From Octopus bimaculoides (taxonomy: Eukaryota), in assembly GCF_001194135.2 (NCBI RefSeq), contig NC_068984.1, forward strand, positions 146,736,912 through 146,777,110: a stretch of 40,199 bases of DNA, read 5' to 3'. The position numbers were made by a program, and so were the translations under genes. The notes beneath the pieces were generated by a model that saw only the letters and a list, made by a program, of their open reading frames with translations, did not search any database and was not told where the DNA came from. Position 1 is the first letter of the stretch. Each line of letters begins with the position of its first letter. This document shows positions 33,764-40,199 of the stretch, one piece after another.

Positions 33764-34249
33764 AGGAGGCGTTAGATCGGCAAAGAGCAGAGATGCAGGG
33801 AGGTGGAGGAAGAGACAAAGTAAGAAAGAGAGAGAGAAAAAGGGAGGGGGTGTGGGGACTGCAGACATTTAATGGAATATCTCGAGGAAAGCAATATGCC
33901 TGAAGCCGGTGTAAGAAGAAAGAGAGAGAGAGGCGTTCGAAAGAACAGAGGAAACGAGAGACGATAATGGCCGCGAGAGAAAGAATGGGAGAAAGGCAAC
34001 AACGAAAGACTGATATGGCTGAATGGGATTGGGGAAAATACCACCGTATTATTCAGTGATGTGTCTATGTGTGTGTGTGTCTATGTGTGTGTGTTTCTAG
34101 CACTGGCTGGTTATCAATCACTCTTTGTCTTACTTCACGTTTATTATTTCCTCTTGTCTCTTCAACCACGCAACTATTTTGACTCTCTTCTACCTCACTC
34201 TTCTTTCTCCCGTTTTATATATGTGTGTGTGTGTGTGTGTATGTATTTG

Positions 34250-34281
<32 letters not shown>

Positions 34282-34369
34282 TAAAGAAACACATGTGGGT
34301 GTTTGTATGCATTTGTATACATGCATGTGCGAGCATGCGCGTGTATGTGTATGAGCATATATTTATGCA

Positions 34370-34420
<51 letters not shown>

Positions 34421-35305
34421 ATATATATATATAAAAGTTATGAAGGGTAATGGAGTCAACCAGACCCGAATGATACAGGTAATACCAAGTAAGTGCTGTA
34501 TACCGACTAGTTTTGCCCCAGAGGTGGTTGCAACATGAATGGGGAATATAACATGGGTCGTGTATTAGCGTGTGTATATATAAAAAAGAATGAGATAAAG
34601 ATAAAGAGACCAATGGCATAAATAAATTTATATTTTATGTATATGTATATATANNNNNNNNNNNNNNNNNNNNNNNNNNNNNNNNNNNNNNNNNNNNNNN
34701 NNNNNNNNNNNNNNNNNNNNNNNNNNNNNNNNNNNNNNNNNNNNNNNNNNNNNNNNNNNNNNNNNNNNNNNNNNNNNNNNNNNNNNNNNNNNNNNNNNNN
34801 NNNNNNNNNNNNNNNNNNNNNNNNNNNNNNNNNNNNNNNNNNNNNNNNNNNNNNNNNNNNNNNNNNNNNNNNNNNNNNNNNNNNNNNNNNNNNNNNNNNN
34901 NNNNNNNNNNNNNNNNNNNNNNNNNNNNNNNNNNNNNNNNNNNNNNNNNNNNNNNNNNNNNNNNNNNNNNNNNNNNNNNNNNNNNNNNNNNNNNNNNNNN
35001 NNNNNNNNNNNNNNNNNNNNNNNNNNNNNNNNNNNNNNNNNNNNNNNNNNNNNNNNNNNNNNNNNNNNNNNNNNNNNNNNNNNNNNNNNNNNNNNNNNNN
35101 NNNNNNNNNNNNNNNNNNNNNNNNNNNNNNNNNNNNNNNNNNNNNNNNNNNNNNNNNNNNNNNNNNNNNNNNNNNNNNNNNNNNNNNNNNNNNNNNNNNN
35201 NNNNNNNNNNNNNNNNNNNNNNNNNNNNNNNNNNNNNNNNNNGTAGATGGTGGGTGTGTGGGGTGTCATTTGGAATGGATGAAGGGAAATCTGAAAGGTG
35301 TGTGC

Positions 35306-35377
35306 GAAGAAGAAGAAGAAGAAGAAGAAGAAGAAGAAGAAGAAGAAGAAGAAGAAGAAGAAGAAGAAGAAGAAGAA
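35306..35377. repeat. (GAA)24 microsatellite
   Basis: Perfect run, directly visible. Confidence 0.95.
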
Positions 35378-35645
35378 TGATGATGATGAAGAAAAAGTTG
35401 GAGAAAACAGCGATAGTAAGAGTACAGAGATGACAGAAGAGAAATGGCGAATGAAGAGGAAGAACAAAATGTCTTCCATTTAACTATGAAACTTAATAAA
35501 TAAGTAAATAAATAAATAGAAGTTAACCAAAAAAAAAGAAGAAAAAAATAGTGTTTTAACATTTACACAGCATTCGAAATATCTCCGACCTCTCCCCAGT
35601 CCCAAATCTCGCCATACCATTTTATCAACTTCTGTCGGTAATTGT

Positions 35646-35721
35646 CCAATGACGTCAGAATTATGTCAGGGAATATTGACGTCATTTGCTCTTCAACCAA
35701 TCAATCGCTTGCTCTTTATAA
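35646..35721. promoter_or_regulatory. Candidate cAMP-responsive promoter/enhancer: two palindromic CREs, two CCAAT boxes, TATA-like element
   Basis: TGACGTCA at 35650-57 and 35677-84; CCAAT at 35646-50 and 35697-701 (AACCAATCA); CTTTATAA at 35714-21. Function is inferred only. Confidence 0.45.
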
Positions 35722-35814
35722 CTCCAACCATTGCAACTTGGCTTCTTTTAATTTTGGTTCATGTACCTATTCGTAAATGAAATGGAAAATATGCATCGCT
35801 GCTCGATTCATCGA

Positions 35815-36120
35815 TAAGGGCTTGATCTGTGAATCGCTGTACCCGACATCGCGGCTGGGCTCGTCGGTGAGAGTTTGGTCTTTGGCCCCCTCCCCCAAAA
35901 TTTCATGCCTTGTGCCTAGAGTAGAAAAGAATATTTACTTTAAGCGAGGCGGAACTGTTGGCACACCGAGCGAAATGCGTCTCGGCATTTCGTCCGTTTT
36001 TACGGTCTAAGTTCAAATTTCGACGAGGGTGTCATTAAAAGAAGTACTAGCAGAACACAGGAGTCGATGTAATCGACTTACTACCTGCACCTTGTTGGCC
36101 TTTTGCCCAATTTGAAACTA
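35815..36120 (+). mobile_element. Two tandem SINE family B pieces (tail ~35815-35930; deleted copy ~35945-36120)
   Basis: GGCACACCGAGCGAAATGCGTCTCGGCATTTCGTCCG...AAGTTCAAATTTCGACGAGG...AAGTACTAG...GTCGATGTAATCGACTT. Confidence 0.65.
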
Positions 36121-36459
36121 GTATTCACTTTAAACCCTTTTAAAGACATGTCTATTACGTAGGTTATCACTGACTTAAGCATTGCAGTAATGTTTTCAAC
36201 TGCGATAGAAAAATGCTTTTGAGTTGTGAGGGTGCAGACCAAACGCTCGAATTCCCAACCATCTTCTACATTATCTCATTTGAAGAGCAAAGAAAGAGGA
36301 TATTGCGTAAGGCAATCGCTGATTGGGCCTTCTAGATCAAAACATCTGTTGAGACTATTCTTCAAGAATAGAATGTTTATAAACACAACGATCCGGAAAC
36401 TGAAGTACCATAAAATCAACATAAGAAATAATTGCTTCTAACGTAGATACAAAAGCTTG

Positions 36460-36640
36460 ACATTTTGGGACGGAGATCTATCGATTACATCGATCTCAGT
36501 GCTCAACGGGTTCGTAATTTACTCCGTAACAATGAACGGCCAAGTCTACTTTGCCAGCATTTGAACTGTAAACATAAAGTTAGAAGGAATGCTGCGAAAT
36601 ATTTTTTCATTCTGTCAGCTCGCTGCCTTTCAACACCTTA
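36460..36640 (-). mobile_element. SINE family B (decayed)
   Basis: Reverse complement contains CAGTTCAAATGCTGGCAAAGTAGACTTGG...GATCGATGTAATCGATAGATC. Confidence 0.55.
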
Positions 36641-36699
36641 AATAATGCAAATTTCTACCTTTTTTTAAAATGAAATAATGCATTTATATAGGCCAAGAC

Positions 36700-36885
36700 C
36701 TGTAATTTGGAAGAGGGTTACGAGCGATTAAACCGATCCTGGTATTTGACAGGGGTTTTATTTTAGCATCTCGAGAAGAATAAAAGGTAAAGTTGAACGC
36801 AGCAGAATTTGAACTCACAATATGAAGGTCGTGGTTAAATATCACTGTACATTTTGACCGACGTTCTAATACACCAGCGAATTCA
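36700..36885 (-). mobile_element. SINE family B (decayed)
   Basis: Reverse complement contains GTTAGAACGTCGGTCAAAATG-like head, GAGTTCAAATTCTGCTGCGTTCAACTTTACCTTT and AAATACCAGGATCGGTTTAATCG. Confidence 0.55.
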
Positions 36886-37004
36886 GTGTGTCCTGCTGAT
36901 ATGGCGAATTATGTTTTTCTTTCTATGAAATAATGGTTTTCAACAAAAACACGACACTTGTGACTTCCAAACTCTCCAGATTGAAATCCAATGGATTATT
37001 AATG

Positions 37005-37175
37005 TTTGAAGCGTTTTCGAAAAGGGAGACAAATCGACAGCCTCAAGACACTCTAGCTTCGCAAGAGGCCGCCATTGTCCAGGGGATGTCTAAAATGAAT
37101 AAGGACCATTTAGAGCAGAATTATCCACGATTCTGGTGCCGCATTGAAACAGTCATCGAAGGTGAAGGCGGATTC
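37005..37175 (+). mobile_element. Tc1/mariner (maT-like) transposase C-terminal remnant, second family
   Basis: AFSKRETNRQPQDTLASQEAAIVQGMSKMNKDHLEQNYPRFWCRIETVIEGEGGF matches the pattern ERETN..PHNT..SL.AAI......MNKDHL..AC.RF..RIE.VI.AEGGF. No TIR visible. Confidence 0.7.
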
Positions 37176-38436
37176 CCTAGGCACAAAGGACTGACATTGG
37201 GTGAAGTGATAAGTTTGTCAATTAAAACGAACTTGGTTGGTATTTTGTTCTATCAAACTCGGACAAAATGCCATGTAATATTTAATTACGACTCTTTATA
37301 TTCTAACTTCCCTTTCGTCTTTCTCAGATCGACTAAATAGATATCAGTCGATTTAATCAAATATTGAATTAATATAATCCAGTACTTAGATCGATACAGT
37401 CGAATATGCGACTCTTCCTCTCCTCAACATTTGGCTTTGCGCCGATGTTAGAAACCGTTATTATTAGCAATGTAATGTCACTGAAAACTGTGTTTTCTTA
37501 TACCATATTCCTGGCAAATAATTTTAATCCTCACCCCTCTTCCACCCTGCCAGACATTCCATATTTTCAGGTGTCGTCTGTCTTAACTAAATAACATATT
37601 AGATTTAAAGCAAAATTCGTTTTGATTACTCAGAAAACTAGCGCTGACAAATATCATCTCAGCAGATCGAATTAGCTTTGAAGAGTTTGAAAACAAGCTT
37701 CTTCTCTTCTTTGATTCTTTCAATCTTCTCGCGTTGTAGTCTGTTGCTATCCAAGTTTTGAAGTTGGAATATAGAAGATATTATATTAATGTCTGGTTAA
37801 AATATATTTTGTTATACAATATTGTTGACTTGGCAGAAAGTATTACTTAAATCAACATTTAGTTTCGAATTCACTCAATCCTGTATATCAATCCTCGTTT
37901 ATCACTGCTTCATTTATCACTAATCTTTGATAACATGATACGTTCATTGTGAACCTTTTACGTTTATCATGAATTGATCTGAGACAAGACTGGTTGGAGA
38001 TCAGTCAAAGATTCTGCTTGGACAGTAAGAGCCCACCCCAGCGACCATCCACGCCACTCACAACAACGAAATCTATTTTTCCTGTAGGCTCTATTATTCA
38101 TTTATTACTGAATAATTTCATTCAATCACTCATACCATGAGAAACGAAGACGGATTTACTGCTCGTGTTGTGCGTGTGATCCAGCGCAAAACAAGACAAG
38201 CTCCAGAATTGTATTTCTTAATTGTTATCGAGCAAACGCTGTAGACAAGGCGGGGTGGAGGTGGCGGATGTGCTTACGACCAGCAAGCGATGGCATAAAG
38301 CGGAAAAACAGTCTAACTTCGTTCTCATAAGATTGAGGGAAAGTCATGAACATCACGATGTCTCATTTGACCATATATACAGCAACACAGTTTTCCACCA
38401 CCATTCGAAAAGAAACCAATATTTTAAAGACATCGG

Positions 38437-38650
38437 CAAGCTGGCAGGATAGTTAGCACGCCGGACAAAATGTCAAGCGCTATTTCGTCCGTCTTCATGT
38501 TCTGAGTTCAAGTTCCGCCGAGGTCAATCTTTGCCTTTCAGCCTTTCAGGGTCGATGAAATAAGTACCAGCCGAGCACTATGGTCGACGTAATTGACTTG
38601 TCCTCTCCCTTGAAATTGCTGGCCTTGTGCCAAAATTTGAAATTGTTATT
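38437..38650 (+). mobile_element. SINE family B, near full length, with (ATT)-like tail
   Basis: A-box-like GCTGGCAGGATAGTTAG; B-box-like GAGTTCAAGTTCC; body GGGTCGATGAAATAAGTACCAG; 3' GGCCTTGTGCCAAAATTTGAAA-TTGTTATTATTATT. Confidence 0.8.
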
Positions 38651-38654
38651 ATTA

Positions 38655-38880
38655 TTGTGAAAGCACGTGATCCAGAGGTTTGGTTGTTGTACTCACGATC
38701 GCTCGATTCCCAAACTGAGCAGTGAGTGGTGTTCTTGAACAAAAACACTTCATTTCACGTTATTTTGCGATCATTTCGACGAGTGGCACACTTGTGCACC
38801 TGTACAGACAACGCCGATTTGATGGAGGGAGCGAGTGAGCTAATATGCGGCGCATACATTTGATAACCACAAGCAAATCA
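38655..38880 (+). mobile_element. SINE family C (decayed)
   Basis: GTTGTACTCACGATCG...CGATTCCC...GTGTTCTTGAACAAAAACACTTCATTTCACGTT. Confidence 0.6.
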
Positions 38881-38908
38881 TTTTGGCAGGTCGTTCGACA
38901 GGAGAGTC

Positions 38909-38972
<64 letters not shown>

Positions 38973-39029
38973 GNNNNNNNNNNNNNNNNNNNNNNNNNNN
39001 NNNNNNNNNNNNNNNNNNNNNNNNNNNNN

Positions 39030-39103
<74 letters not shown>
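38909..39103. repeat. (TTA)n microsatellite spanning a gap
   Basis: Directly visible. Confidence 0.95.
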
Positions 39104-39106
<3 letters not shown>

Positions 39107-39107
39107 G

Positions 39108-39315
39108 AGAGCTGGCAAAATCGTTAGCAGACTGGACACAATTCTTAGTGGTATTTGTTTCTGCTCTATCTTCTGAGTTCTAATCACGCGAGGGTGACTT
39201 AACCGTTCATCTTTTCGAGCTCGATAAAATAAGAAGTACCAGCACTGTGGTCCATGTAATCGACTTCCCCATCCCCTCAAAACTCCTGGCCTTGGGCCAA
39301 AATAGAAAAGATTAT
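39108..39315 (+). mobile_element. SINE family B
   Basis: GAGCTGGCAAAATCGTTAGCAGACTGGACA...TTCTGAGTTCTAATC...AAGTACCAG...GTAATCGACTTCCCC...GGCCTTGGGCCAAAATAGAAA. Confidence 0.7.
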
Positions 39316-39695
39316 TTTCTGGCAGCCAGTAGCTAGTGTTGCCTGGTTTCATAAACGACTTAAACACATTAAATTCGCGATGAAACTAATATTTCTGTAT
39401 CCGACCTTAAATTTGATTTTCATTCTGTTTACAGAAAGATCTGCGTAATGATTGGTATATATTTCAGATGAAAGTTAATACCGAGGAATATAGTACAGTG
39501 AAGAAAATTGTTTAATACAAAGAAAACTGATATAACACATTAATTTTAAACGTGTCTTAATTAGAAGAGGAATAACATGTGAAGAAAGAGTATACAAACA
39601 AAATGATATCACAATATTATAAGTAAATAGATAAAACCGTATCAAAATCTCCCTAGACACGCAAGGTATATAATATAGTGTATTATAAACATAAA

Positions 39696-39696
<1 letters not shown>

Positions 39697-39768
<72 letters not shown>
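39697..39768. repeat. (TCTA)18 tetranucleotide microsatellite
   Basis: Directly visible; similar (TCTA)n runs at ~13243-13300 and ~34372-34418. Confidence 0.95.
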
Positions 39769-40063
39769 ATATGAAAGCGTTACGACTCGTGATATAGTTT
39801 GTATATATTACAGGCTTGTATGTATTATGTTTTTAACGGTATTTATTAAGCATGAGGTTCAAATCGGGTTAGCTCAACCTCAACAGATGCGGTATTTCTC
39901 AATTCTAGTTGTGTAAATTCATTTTTTAAAATAATGTTTTTTAAAAATTGGTCGTTTTAAACACACACCTAACAGCCTAACTACCAACCTACCTACTTAC
40001 CTACCAACTAATATCTTCTCCCTCTCCACCTCTCTCACTCTGTCTGTCTGTCTGTCTGTCTGT

Positions 40064-40132
<69 letters not shown>

Positions 40133-40199
40133 CACACACGCATATATATATGCACATATACAGGTATCTCACTATAGGACATGTGTGTGTATATATATG

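Noticed and set aside
38437-38520. SINE heads as tRNA genes
   Set aside because: A/B boxes are present, but there is no cloverleaf and they continue into repeat bodies found in many copies.

Overview
Eukaryotic, AT-rich, repeat-saturated non-coding DNA from a gapped draft assembly. About 4.9 kb is N, and most gaps abut microsatellites. The SINE families and microsatellite density best fit a coleoid cephalopod (Octopus-like); this is an inference from pattern recognition. I cannot support any host protein-coding gene: nearly all listed ORFs are translations of microsatellites or N-runs. The recognisable content is (i) three families of tRNA-derived SINEs in many copies, (ii) decayed non-LTR retrotransposons: several RLE-type R4/Dong-like pieces, RTE-like and CR1/L2-like pieces, and a Penelope-like GIY-YIG remnant, (iii) two Tc1/mariner (maT-like) 3' ends, and (iv) two families of ~400-bp fold-back elements. 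The most striking observation is a near-complete minimal type I hammerhead ribozyme motif with a palindromic stem III (33272-33316). It sits inside a ~407-bp fold-back element with ~110-nt imperfect inverted arms, giving a retrozyme- or Penelope-like structured-RNA candidate. Also notable are a 26-bp GC-rich hairpin (21154-21217), a double-CRE/CCAAT cluster (35646-35721) and a GC-box/G-quadruplex cluster (28308-28407). Repeat boundaries were judged by eye and are approximate.
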